Positions 8,780 to 17,201 of a stretch of DNA of 64,000 nucleotides are shown here, one piece after another. Position numbers and translations under genes: made by a program. Origin of the DNA: Verrucomicrobiota bacterium. Its GTDB lineage: Bacteria > Verrucomicrobiota > Verrucomicrobiia > Limisphaerales > UBA11358. Positions within the stretch are counted from its first letter, which is position 1, and every line of letters starts with the position of its first letter. The stretch is taken from assembly GCA_049521735.1 (NCBI GenBank), contig JBEKON010000001.1, positions 16,351 through 80,350 on the forward strand, read 5' to 3'. The notes under the pieces are model-generated. The model searched no databases, was not told the DNA's origin, and saw only the letters and a list, made by a program, of their open reading frames with translations.

Positions 8780-9429
8780 TTCAAGCGCAGGATGCCGCCG
8801 ACCGAACCAGCCTGCTCAATCACGCGGCTATATTGCAACCGCCATTGCAATGCGTTCGATATGGTCAGGTAGCCGAGCTTCGGCGGATTTCGGAGAACTT
8901 CGCCGGCGAGATTCCCGGCCTCAATCTCATCAACGGGCAACATCCGCTCTTGGAAGAAAGCCAAAATGTCGTCTCGGTTGGCCTTGTTTTCTAACAAATG
9001 GAGAAGCCCGGAAGTGGTCTGATAATCCGCAGTGCGGTCTTGTTCGACGAAAATGGTGTGTTGAACATCCAATCTTGCCACGCGCAATTTCTGGTCGTCG
9101 TGTTTGTCATAGACGAAAACAAGCAACGAATAACCCAAACCATAAACTTTCTGTCGCGCGCTTTTGAAAGGACACGACGACTGAGGTTGCCGGATGCTCG
9201 TGACCTTGACGTCCACACCAAGCTTCGGAAAATCAATCCCTTTTGCGGAACTCCCACGGACATACGCATACCGGCGTTGGAGAACCGACTGAAATTTATG
9301 CTCAAGATAGGTGCCAACCGCTTTTCCATCGGTGACACCAAATAAACTTTTTTCGGCGTGTTTGGACTCGATTTTGGCAAATGCTGTTGCCTCTTTTTGA
9401 AGAAGTGCGATGGTCAGCGGCTTAGGCAT
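8776..9429 (-). CDS. putative type II restriction endonuclease (PD-(D/E)XK-like)
   Basis: 217-aa ORF translationally coupled to the methyltransferase. It has a candidate catalytic pattern E(43)...GIDFP...GVDVKVT. The family assignment is not recognisable by eye. Confidence 0.55.
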   Translation of the reverse strand: MPKPLTIALLQKEATAFAKIESKHAEKSLFGVTDGKAVGTYLEHKFQSVLQRRYAYVRGSSAKGIDFPKLGVDVKVTSIRQPQSSCPFKSARQKVYGLGYSLLVFVYDKHDDQKLRVARLDVQHTIFVEQDRTADYQTTSGLLHLLENKANRDDILAFFQERMLPVDEIEAGNLAGEVLRNPPKLGYLTISNALQWRLQYSRVIEQAGSVGGILRLK

Positions 9430-9459
9430 GATGTTGATTCAATATCGTTTCTCGATTTT

Positions 9460-10662
9460 TTACAACTCCACTTTCGCCGCCACCTGCGCCACGTCTTTGT
9501 CGCCGCGACCGGAAAGATTGATGATGATAAGTTTGTCCTTCGACATTTTCGGCGCGCGTTTCATGACCTCGGCAATGGCATGCGCGCTTTCCAGCGCCGG
9601 AATGATGCCTTCCAGTTGCGACAGTTTCATGAATGCATCCAGCGCCGCGTCGTCCTTGATGTAGGTGTATTCCACACGCTTTTTGTCGCGCAGAAAAACG
9701 TGTTCCGGCCCCACGGCGGCGTAATCCAGTCCGGCGCTGACACTGTGGGTGAGTTGAATCTGGCCGAACTCATCCTGCAACAGGTAGGAACGTGTTCCCT
9801 GCAATACACCGAGTGAGCCGCCTTGAAACCGTGCGGCGTGTTTGCCGGCTTCAATGCCTTCACCGCCCGCCTCAACACCGATCATTTTCACGGATTTGTC
9901 TTCGAGGAACGGATAGAACAGTCCCATCGCGTTCGAGCCGCCGCCAACGCAGGCGACGAGCAGGTCGGGCAGGCGTTTTTCCTTTTCCAAAATCTGCGCC
10001 CGCGCTTCGTCGCCGATGACGCGCTGGAAATTACGCACCATGAGCGGATACGGATGCGCGCCATAGACCGTGCCGAGGATGTAATGCGTGGTGCGGACGT
10101 TGGTGACCCAATCGCGCATGGCCTCGTTGATGGCTTCTTTGAGCGTCTTTTGGCCGGCATGAACGGGCACGACTTCCGCGCCGAGCATTTTCATGCGATA
10201 GACGTTCAGTTCCTGCCGTTTGCAATCCACCGCGCCCATGTAAACAACGCATTTCAATCCGAACATCGCGGCGACGGTGGCTGTGGCGACGCCGTGCTGG
10301 CCTGCGCCGGTCTCGGCAATAATGCGTGTCTTGCCCATGCGTTTGGCGAGCAGAATCTGGCCAATGCAATTGTTGATCTTGTGCGCGCCGGTATGGAGCA
10401 GGTCTTCGCGCTTGAGATAAATTTTCGCGCCGCCGAGTTCCTTGGTGAGCCGTTCGGCAAAGTAAAGCGGGGTGGGGCGACCGCAAAATTCCTTGAGATA
10501 ATACTCGAGTTCGCGCTGGAACGCCGGGTCTTTTTGCGCGCGTAGGTATTCGTCCTCCAGCTCCTGCAACGGCTGCATCAGCGTTTCGGGCACAAAACGT
10601 CCGCCATACGGACCGAAATGGCCGCGTGCATCCGGGGCTTTGGCGCTGGAATTCTTGCTCAT
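9460..10662 (-). CDS. trpB: tryptophan synthase beta chain
   Basis: [11 protein letters not shown] and GGGSNAMG motifs, with full-length similarity to the TrpB pattern. Start set at ATG 10662 (MSKNSSAK...). Confidence 0.95.
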   Translation of the reverse strand: MSKNSSAKAPDARGHFGPYGGRFVPETLMQPLQELEDEYLRAQKDPAFQRELEYYLKEFCGRPTPLYFAERLTKELGGAKIYLKREDLLHTGAHKINNCIGQILLAKRMGKTRIIAETGAGQHGVATATVAAMFGLKCVVYMGAVDCKRQELNVYRMKMLGAEVVPVHAGQKTLKEAINEAMRDWVTNVRTTHYILGTVYGAHPYPLMVRNFQRVIGDEARAQILEKEKRLPDLLVACVGGGSNAMGLFYPFLEDKSVKMIGVEAGGEGIEAGKHAARFQGGSLGVLQGTRSYLLQDEFGQIQLTHSVSAGLDYAAVGPEHVFLRDKKRVEYTYIKDDAALDAFMKLSQLEGIIPALESAHAIAEVMKRAPKMSKDKLIIINLSGRGDKDVAQVAAKVEL

Positions 10663-10674
10663 AGCCCGATTTTC

Positions 10675-10698
10675 ACGCAAAGACGCAAAGACGCAAAG
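10675..10698. repeat. tandem octamer (ACGCAAAG)x3
   Basis: Read directly, immediately upstream of the trpB start. Confidence 0.9.
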
Positions 10699-10708
10699 GA
10701 ATTATTTC

Positions 10709-10891
10709 AACCACGGATTAACACAGATGGACACGGATTTTATTTTGATCTGCCGCGCCTTAAATTTGGCGCGAAAACCCTAGTTCAAAAATGGAACATT
10801 GATGAGTTTTGAAAGAAAAAGCGACGGGATTAATTTTTCTGCGGACACCAGCGGATTTTTCATCCGTGTTTATCCGTGTCCATCCGTGGTT
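10709..10891. repeat. inverted pair of ACACGGAT-type decamer arms (family A) flanking a 123-bp core
   Basis: Left arm 10709..10738 is AACCACGGATTAACACAGATGGACACGGAT. Right arm 10862..10891 is ATCCGTGTTTATCCGTGTCCATCCGTGGTT. The core contains the small hairpin CGCGCC-ttaaattt-GGCGCG. Confidence 0.85.
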
Positions 10892-10896
10892 AAATT

Positions 10897-12324
10897 TCAA
10901 CTCGCCTTCACTGCTGTGATGAGGGCTTGCAGCGAAGCTTTGGCGTCGCCGAAGAGCATCCGGGTGTTGTCCTTGTAGAAAAGGAGATTCTCAATGCCGG
11001 CAAAGCCAGCCGCCATGGAGCGTTTCATCACGATGACGGTCTTGGCGCGGTCGGCCTCGATGATGGGCATGCCGTAAATCGGGCTGGACTTTTCCTCGCG
11101 CGCGGCGGGATTGACGACGTCGTTGGCGCCGATGACGAGGCACACGTCCACGCGGTCCATCGTTGGATTGATGGCGTCCATTTCGCAAAGCTGGTCGTAG
11201 GGAACGTTGGCCTCGGCGAGCAGGACGTTCATATGACCGGGCATGCGGCCGGCGACAGGATGGATGGCGAAACGGACTTCGACGCCGCGTTTGCTGAGTT
11301 CGTCGGAAAGTTCGCGCACCGAATGCTGTGCCTGCGCAACGGCCATGCCGTAACCGGGCACGATGACGACCTGTTGGGCGTTACCGAGGAGCAGGGCGGC
11401 TTCGTCGGCCTGAATCGGTTTGACGGTGCCTCCGCCAACGTGAGCAGCACCTGCGCCGCTGGACGACTTGGTGGAACCGAACGCGCCGAAGAGAACGTTG
11501 GTAACCGGACGATTCATCGCTTTGCACATGAGCAATGTGAGCAACGTGCCGGAGGAACCGACCAGCGTTCCGGCAACGATCATGGAAATGTTGTTGATGG
11601 TGAAGCCGTCCGCAGCGACCGCGAGGCCGGTGAACGAGTTCAACAGGGAGATGACGACCGGCATGTCCGCACCGCCGATGGGCATGACCATCGCCACGCC
11701 AAATACCAGCGCGAGCGAAAACATCACGACGAACGCCGTGGAATTGGTCGTCGCCCAGCCGGTGAGATAAACGCACAGGCCGAGGATGACGGCGAGGACG
11801 AGTCCGTTGAGAATGTTTTGTCCGGGGAACGTGTGCGGTTTTTCGAGATAACCCTGCAACTTGGAGAATGCAACAAGGCTGCCAGAAAATGACAGCGAAC
11901 CGATCAGCGTGGCGAACAGCATTGTGATGGCGAAAAACGTCGTGATGCCTTCGGGGCTGTTTGCGCGCCTTAAAAATTCCAGGCTAGCGACCAGCGCCGC
12001 CGCGCCGCCGCCCACGCCGTTGAACAGCGCAACCATCTGCGGCATCGCGGTCATCTTCACTGAATACGCGCCGATGGCACCGATGATCAAACCGATCACG
12101 AGTCCCACGACCATGAGGGTGTAATTCAGGCTCCAGCCGTGTTTCAGCAGCGAAGTTTCCTCACCGCTCCCGAGCAAGGGTATGGTGGCCGCCAGCGCAA
12201 TCAACATGCCGAACGCGGCCAGCAAATTGCCGTAGCGCGCCGTCTTGGGCGAACCCAGCAGCTTGATGCCGAGAATGAACAAAACCGCGACCGCAATGAA
12301 TATGATGGCAATGAACGGGCTCAT
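10897..12324 (-). CDS. pntB: NAD(P) transhydrogenase subunit beta
   Basis: Membrane N-terminal half plus dIII domain, with VPGYGMAVAQAQH and FAIHPVAGRMPGHMNVLLAEA. Confidence 0.95.
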   Translation of the reverse strand: MSPFIAIIFIAVAVLFILGIKLLGSPKTARYGNLLAAFGMLIALAATIPLLGSGEETSLLKHGWSLNYTLMVVGLVIGLIIGAIGAYSVKMTAMPQMVALFNGVGGGAAALVASLEFLRRANSPEGITTFFAITMLFATLIGSLSFSGSLVAFSKLQGYLEKPHTFPGQNILNGLVLAVILGLCVYLTGWATTNSTAFVVMFSLALVFGVAMVMPIGGADMPVVISLLNSFTGLAVAADGFTINNISMIVAGTLVGSSGTLLTLLMCKAMNRPVTNVLFGAFGSTKSSSGAGAAHVGGGTVKPIQADEAALLLGNAQQVVIVPGYGMAVAQAQHSVRELSDELSKRGVEVRFAIHPVAGRMPGHMNVLLAEANVPYDQLCEMDAINPTMDRVDVCLVIGANDVVNPAAREEKSSPIYGMPIIEADRAKTVIVMKRSMAAGFAGIENLLFYKDNTRMLFGDAKASLQALITAVKAS

Positions 12325-12605
12325 TTTTTCTTCTTCTTGAACATTTGCAGCATCCGGTCGGTGACCATGAATCCGCCGAACACGTTGGCCGAACCGAAAA
12401 CCACCGCGACAAAGCCGAGCGCCACGGCCAGTGTGCTGGCCGCGTCCGCCAGCACCAGCATGCCGCCGAGCACGATGATGCCGTGAATGGCGTTGGTGCC
12501 GGACATCAACGGCGTGTGCAGCATCGAGGGCACTTTGGAAATCAGTTCGAACCCGAGAAAAATCGCGAGGACGAAAATGAAAAATACCAGGATTTCTGTG
12601 CTCAT
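12321..12605 (-). CDS. pntA: NAD(P) transhydrogenase subunit alpha part 2 (membrane)
   Basis: Hydrophobic 94 aa from the internal ATG at 12605 (MSTEILVFFIFVLAIFLGFE...). It overlaps the pntB start by 4 nt. The longer track ORF would overlap pntAA. Confidence 0.85.
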   Translation of the reverse strand: MSTEILVFFIFVLAIFLGFELISKVPSMLHTPLMSGTNAIHGIIVLGGMLVLADAASTLAVALGFVAVVFGSANVFGGFMVTDRMLQMFKKKKK

Positions 12606-12609
12606 ATTT

Positions 12610-13743
12610 TCAGCTTGGTTTTGCCACGAGCTTTTCGTTGACGATTTTGCCGCCGTACGTGACAAGGCAGCCTTTGATGATTTCGTCGTCCAGCTTGAGG
12701 ACAAACTGCTTGTTTTGTTTGTCCCAAAATTCCTCCACGAGGCTCGTCAGGTTCGCGGAATAAACCTGGCTGGCGTGCATCGGCACGCGGCCCGGCAAAT
12801 TGGCAATGCCGACAATTTTCACCCCGTTGCGATCGGTCACCTTGTCCAGGACCGCGCCTTCGATGTTGCCGCCGGTTTCAATTGCCAGGTCCACGACCAC
12901 GCTGCCGGGTTTCATCGCGTTGAGCATTTCGGCCGTGACGAGAATCGGCGCGCGCCGGCCGAATACCTGCGCGGCGGTGATAACGACGTCGGAGTCGCCG
13001 CAAATTTTCTTCATCGCATCGCGCTGTTTCTGGATTTGCTCCTCGGTCAGCGCCTTGGCGTAGCCGTCCTTCGTCTGGCCGGTCTCGCCGACGTCAATTT
13101 TCAGAAATTGCGCGCCGAGCGACTTGACCTGTTCCTCCACAACCGGCCGGGTGTCGTAGGCGGTGACTTTCGCACCAAGCCGCCTGGCAGTCGCAATCGC
13201 CTGTAAACCGGCGACACCGACGCCGAGGATGAAAACTTTTGACGGCAAAATTGTGCCCGCCGCCGTGGTCATCATCGGAAAAATCTTGTTGGAATAACGC
13301 GCGGCGAGGATGACTGCCTCATAGCCGCCAAGATTTGCCTGCGACGATAACACGTCCATCTTTTGCGCGCGGGTCGTGCGCGGGATGAATTCCATGCTGA
13401 TGGCGCTCACGCCGCGTTCGGCCAGTTTTTGAACCAATTCCTTTTCGTTGAACGGATCCAGCAAACTCGCGTGAACGCAGCCGGATTTCAGCAGCGCGAT
13501 TTCCTCGACCGGCGGTTTACGCACGCGCAAAACCATGTCGGCGGAGCCAAGCAACGCCTTGCGGTCGGTGGTGATGGTGGCGCCGGCGGCGGTGTAATCC
13601 ACATCGGTAAAACCGCTGCCGAGGCCGAGGCCCGCTTCGACTTCCACTTGCGCGCCGAGCTTGACCAGCCTGGCGGCGCTGGCCGGCGTCAATGGCGTTC
13701 TGGTTTCGCCCGGATACGTTTCTTTGGGAACGGCAATCTTCAT
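12610..13743 (-). CDS. pntA: NAD(P) transhydrogenase subunit alpha part 1 (dI, alanine dehydrogenase-like)
   Basis: MKIAVPKETYPGETRTPLTP..., with Rossmann motif VFILGVGVAGLQAIATARRLGA. Start at ATG 13743. Confidence 0.95.
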   Translation of the reverse strand: MKIAVPKETYPGETRTPLTPASAARLVKLGAQVEVEAGLGLGSGFTDVDYTAAGATITTDRKALLGSADMVLRVRKPPVEEIALLKSGCVHASLLDPFNEKELVQKLAERGVSAISMEFIPRTTRAQKMDVLSSQANLGGYEAVILAARYSNKIFPMMTTAAGTILPSKVFILGVGVAGLQAIATARRLGAKVTAYDTRPVVEEQVKSLGAQFLKIDVGETGQTKDGYAKALTEEQIQKQRDAMKKICGDSDVVITAAQVFGRRAPILVTAEMLNAMKPGSVVVDLAIETGGNIEGAVLDKVTDRNGVKIVGIANLPGRVPMHASQVYSANLTSLVEEFWDKQNKQFVLKLDDEIIKGCLVTYGGKIVNEKLVAKPS

Positions 13744-13853
13744 TTCTCGAAAAAAGTGGCGCACACACTATCACATCCCCTTCCTGGCAGTAAATCAAAT
13801 GTTGCCATTTTCCGTGCGTCTATTGCAGGCTTAATCAGCCACCCTTTTCAAGG

Positions 13854-14477
13854 TCAACCGGCGGCGGTTTTGGCGGCATGGATGAACGCGCGCACTTTGG
13901 CGTGATCCTTTTTCCCCGGCGCGGACTCCACGCCACTCGAAACATCCACACCGAATGGCCTCACTTTTTGGATGGCGTCGGCGACATTTTTTGGCGTCAA
14001 ACCGCCGGCGAGAAAAACCGGGCGGCCGGGTTTTTGCGCCTCGATGGCCAGGTCCCAGTTGAATTTTTCGCCCGTGCCTCCGAGGGTGTCGGATGAATAA
14101 GCGTCCAGCAGCCACGCGTCGGTTTTGTATTTCGGCAATTCCTTCAGCGATTCGGCGTCACGGATGCGAAAGGCTTTCATGCTCATCAAACCAAATTGCG
14201 TGCAAAATTCCGGCGGTTCGTCGCCATGAAATTGGAGCAGGCTCAAACCGCACCCGGCAATGGCGCGCACAATCTCTTCCTTCGGGGCGTTTACAAAAAC
14301 TCCAACGCGCAGGATGAACGGCGGCAATTGTTTTGAAATTTCGGCGGCGATTTCCATTGAAATGAATCTCGGGCTTTGGCCGTAAAACACAAAGCCCAGC
14401 GCGTCCGCACCAGCCTCGACGGCAACCTGCGCGTCAGCGAGGTTTGTAATGCCGCAAATTTTGACCCGCGTGTTCAT
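13854..14477 (-). CDS. trpF: phosphoribosylanthranilate isomerase
   Basis: VKICGITNLADAQVAVEAGADALGFVFY.QSPRFI and LAGGLTPKNV motifs. 207 aa. Confidence 0.9.
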   Translation of the reverse strand: MNTRVKICGITNLADAQVAVEAGADALGFVFYGQSPRFISMEIAAEISKQLPPFILRVGVFVNAPKEEIVRAIAGCGLSLLQFHGDEPPEFCTQFGLMSMKAFRIRDAESLKELPKYKTDAWLLDAYSSDTLGGTGEKFNWDLAIEAQKPGRPVFLAGGLTPKNVADAIQKVRPFGVDVSSGVESAPGKKDHAKVRAFIHAAKTAAG

Positions 14478-14537
14478 GCCTCCGCTTTCTCTAAACCGGA
14501 AACGCCGCGGACGCGAACTTTTTCAACCTCCGCGAGA

Positions 14538-16577
14538 TCAACCATAACCGAGGTGGCGGAGGATTTGATAAACAATCAGAGAGGCGACATAGGCGAGGCC
14601 GGTCATATAGATGATTTGAAACAGGGGCCATTTGAGACTGTTTGTTTCACGGCGGACGACGGCGGAAGTGGCGAGGCATTGTGCGGCGAGGATGTAAAAG
14701 ACAAGCAGACTTATGCAGGTGGCGGTGGTGAAAACGGGAGTGCCATCAGTGCGGGTGGCGTGGCGCAGCGAGCTGTAAAGCGACGTGCGGCCCTGTTCGG
14801 TGGAGCCCTCGCCCACGCCGTAGACGACGGCCAAAGTGGAAACGATGACTTCGCGGGCGGCGAAGGAACTCAGAATGCCGATGCCAATCTGCCAGTCGAA
14901 ACCCAGCGGTTTGATCACAGGCTCAATAATGTGGCCAATCCGGCCGGCGAAGGAGTGTTGCAGCGAACTTTGCGCCGTCAGGCGGCCGGCTGTGAGATGA
15001 AGTTCATCGGCCCGTTTCGCGTCGCCGGATTTTTCGACCTGCGCGGCTTGCGCGGTCAAAGTGACGGCGGCGGCGGGCGGGGCGGATTTGGGATAATGCG
15101 ACAGCGTCCAGAGGAGCAGTGAAATCAACAGGATGATGGTACCGGCCTGTTTTATAAAAATTTTGGCGCGGTCAAAAGTGTGCAGGAGTGCGGTTCGCAA
15201 ACCAGGCAGGCGATATGGCGGCAGTTCGATCACCAGCGGTTTGCTGCCACCGGGCAGAATCGTGTGTTGGAAAACCAGGGCGGCGATCATGGCGAAAATA
15301 ATGCCGGTCGCATAGGCGCCGGTAAAAATCAGCGCAGCTTTGAAAGGCGATTGTGGAAAGAGGAGCGCTGTGACCATTGCATAGACGGGAATGCGCGCGG
15401 AGCAGGCCATCAGCGGCGTGATAAGGATGGTCACAAGCCGGTCGCGCGGATTTTCGATCACGCGGGTGGACATGATGGCGGGGATGGCGCAGGCATGGGC
15501 GGAAAGCAATGGCATAAACGCCTTGCCAGGCAAACCAAGCCGGCGCATGACCTTATCCATCACAAACGCGGCGCGCGCCAGATAACCGGTGTCTTCCAGC
15601 AACGAAAGTGCGAAAAACAAAATGCAGATTTGCGGCAGGAACACGAGTATGCCGCCGACGCCGCCGACGATGCCGTTGACCAGCAGGCTCCGCAAATCGC
15701 TTTCCGAAACACGCGCCGCCACCCATGCGCCGATGTCGGTAAAGAGATGGTCAATGAGATTCATCGGAATTTTTGCGACCCAAAAGATCAGAACAAAGAG
15801 CGACAGCATGACGCCGGCAAAAACCACCATGCCGGCGATCGGATGCGTCAGGATTTCATCCAGTTTCTCGGTGTGCTGCGAACGGCGAGCGACTGCTGCA
15901 TCCATGACCTTGGCCGAAACGGATTCAGTCCACTCGTAACGCGCCTGATAGGGACAGCTGCCACATATGGCGCAATTGGGTTTACAGTGCGCAACGGCCT
16001 CCGGCATCGCGCCGGCGGCGAGGCGTCCGATTTCATGCCGAAGATCATCAATGCCCTTTCCGGTGCGTGCGGCAACCGGGACAACGGCACAGCCGAGTTC
16101 GGAGCGGAGCTTTTCGACATCGATGTGAATGCCCTCGCGCCTGGCCATGTCCATCATGTTCAGCGCAATGATGACAGGGCAGTCGAGCTCGAGAACCTGG
16201 CTGGCCAGAAAAAGATTCCGCTCAAGATTTGTCGCGTCCACGACGACCAGCGCAGCGTCCGGGGCGGCATGTTTCGCGAGGCGGCCGCGCAGGGCGTCAC
16301 TCGCCATTTTTTCTTCCGGTGAAGAGCTTTCCAAGCCGTAAAGTCCGGGCAAATCCACGATGATCATCTGCCGCTGCCCGATTTGCACCCTGCCGACTCT
16401 GCGTTCGATGGTGGTGCCGGGAAAGTTGGCGGTTTTGGCGCGTAATCCCGTCAGCGCGTTGAAGAGAGTGGTTTTGCCCGCGTTGGGATTTCCAACCAAT
16501 GCGAGTGTGAAGACGTGTTGTGGGCGTTGCGCTGGCGAAAGCGACGACTCAACTTTCATTTTCGCAACGTCTTTCAT
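14538..16577 (-). CDS. feoB: ferrous iron transporter B
   Basis: G-domain LALVGNPNAGKTTLFNALTG, then a polytopic membrane domain. The start is ambiguous (ATG 16577 or 16559; the track start is 16631). Confidence 0.9.
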   Translation of the reverse strand: MKDVAKMKVESSLSPAQRPQHVFTLALVGNPNAGKTTLFNALTGLRAKTANFPGTTIERRVGRVQIGQRQMIIVDLPGLYGLESSSPEEKMASDALRGRLAKHAAPDAALVVVDATNLERNLFLASQVLELDCPVIIALNMMDMARREGIHIDVEKLRSELGCAVVPVAARTGKGIDDLRHEIGRLAAGAMPEAVAHCKPNCAICGSCPYQARYEWTESVSAKVMDAAVARRSQHTEKLDEILTHPIAGMVVFAGVMLSLFVLIFWVAKIPMNLIDHLFTDIGAWVAARVSESDLRSLLVNGIVGGVGGILVFLPQICILFFALSLLEDTGYLARAAFVMDKVMRRLGLPGKAFMPLLSAHACAIPAIMSTRVIENPRDRLVTILITPLMACSARIPVYAMVTALLFPQSPFKAALIFTGAYATGIIFAMIAALVFQHTILPGGSKPLVIELPPYRLPGLRTALLHTFDRAKIFIKQAGTIILLISLLLWTLSHYPKSAPPAAAVTLTAQAAQVEKSGDAKRADELHLTAGRLTAQSSLQHSFAGRIGHIIEPVIKPLGFDWQIGIGILSSFAAREVIVSTLAVVYGVGEGSTEQGRTSLYSSLRHATRTDGTPVFTTATCISLLVFYILAAQCLATSAVVRRETNSLKWPLFQIIYMTGLAYVASLIVYQILRHLGYG

Positions 16578-16585
16578 ATGAAAGG

Positions 16586-16849
16586 CTATTTTTGCATTGC
16601 GCAACGGCCCGGCGGGCAGACCTCCAGCCATACACGCGAGGCCAGCGATGCTGACATGCCGAGCCGGGTGCCAAAAACCCGCACAATGAGAGGGTCTCCG
16701 GGCTTGACGACTTCAACCCGGCGTCCAATACAAATGCCCAGCATCTTGAGCCGCTGTATGTCTTCACTCTCAGTTTCGATGCGACAAACAATGGCGCACG
16801 TCCGCGGCGGGAGCTTGTCGAGCCGTGTTTCAGGGAGAGTTGTGCCCAT
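16586..16849 (-). CDS. feoA: ferrous iron transport protein A
   Basis: Small SH3-like protein (RLKMLGICIGRRVEVVKPGDPLIVRVFGTRLGM) directly upstream of feoB. Start set at ATG 16849. Confidence 0.8.
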   Translation of the reverse strand: MGTTLPETRLDKLPPRTCAIVCRIETESEDIQRLKMLGICIGRRVEVVKPGDPLIVRVFGTRLGMSASLASRVWLEVCPPGRCAMQK

Positions 16850-17046
16850 ATTTGTTTCCTTTGTTAACTGGAATTTTAAACGTCGCAGCCCAAACATGCC
16901 ATTTTCTTTTAGCATCTTCTGGCTGGTTTTTGGTGAATTGCTTCCTTTTAGAAACGCCGGTATGATGAGTTTTCATCTGAAGGGTAATCCAGCGCGTATA
17001 ACTTGGTCAATAACTCTCCAATTTTATGTAAAGCCCCTGTGAAATT

Positions 17047-17055
17047 TGTGGAGAA
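17047..17055. promoter_or_regulatory. DnaA-box-like 9-mer TGTGGAGAA (8/9 to TGTGGATAA)
   Basis: Read directly in the AT-rich feoA-dnaN intergenic region. Confidence 0.3.
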
Positions 17056-17120
17056 CTCCTGCTTTCTAGATTTTCTCGTTTCTTTACTTTCCAAATTTCT
17101 TCACATTCTTCTGAAGTGAC

Positions 17121-17149
17121 CTTGACACCCGCAATTATTTGCTTTATTC
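17121..17149 (+). promoter_or_regulatory. candidate sigma70-type promoter for dnaN (TTGACA-17 nt-TATTCA)
   Basis: TTGACA at 17121..17126, a 17-nt spacer, then TATTCA at 17144..17149, about 50 nt upstream of the dnaN ATG. The promoter consensus for this lineage is unknown. Confidence 0.3.
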
Positions 17150-17151
17150 AC
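17143..17151. promoter_or_regulatory. DnaA-box-like 9-mer TTATTCACA (8/9 to TTATCCACA)
   Basis: Read directly. It overlaps the candidate -10 element. Confidence 0.3.
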
Positions 17152-17201
17152 AGACCTTAATACTGATATCTTTTTATAAAGAAAAATACTATTAGTTGCC
17201 C

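Noticed and set aside
10675-10891. Possible CRISPR array (also considered for 5958..6170, 20401..20559 and 58914..59001)
   Set aside because: The repeat units are only 7-10 nt, directly tandem or in inverted arms, with no 25-40-nt unique spacers. No cas genes are present. The 108-bp periodicity at 34348..35067 is protein-coding Sel1 repeats.
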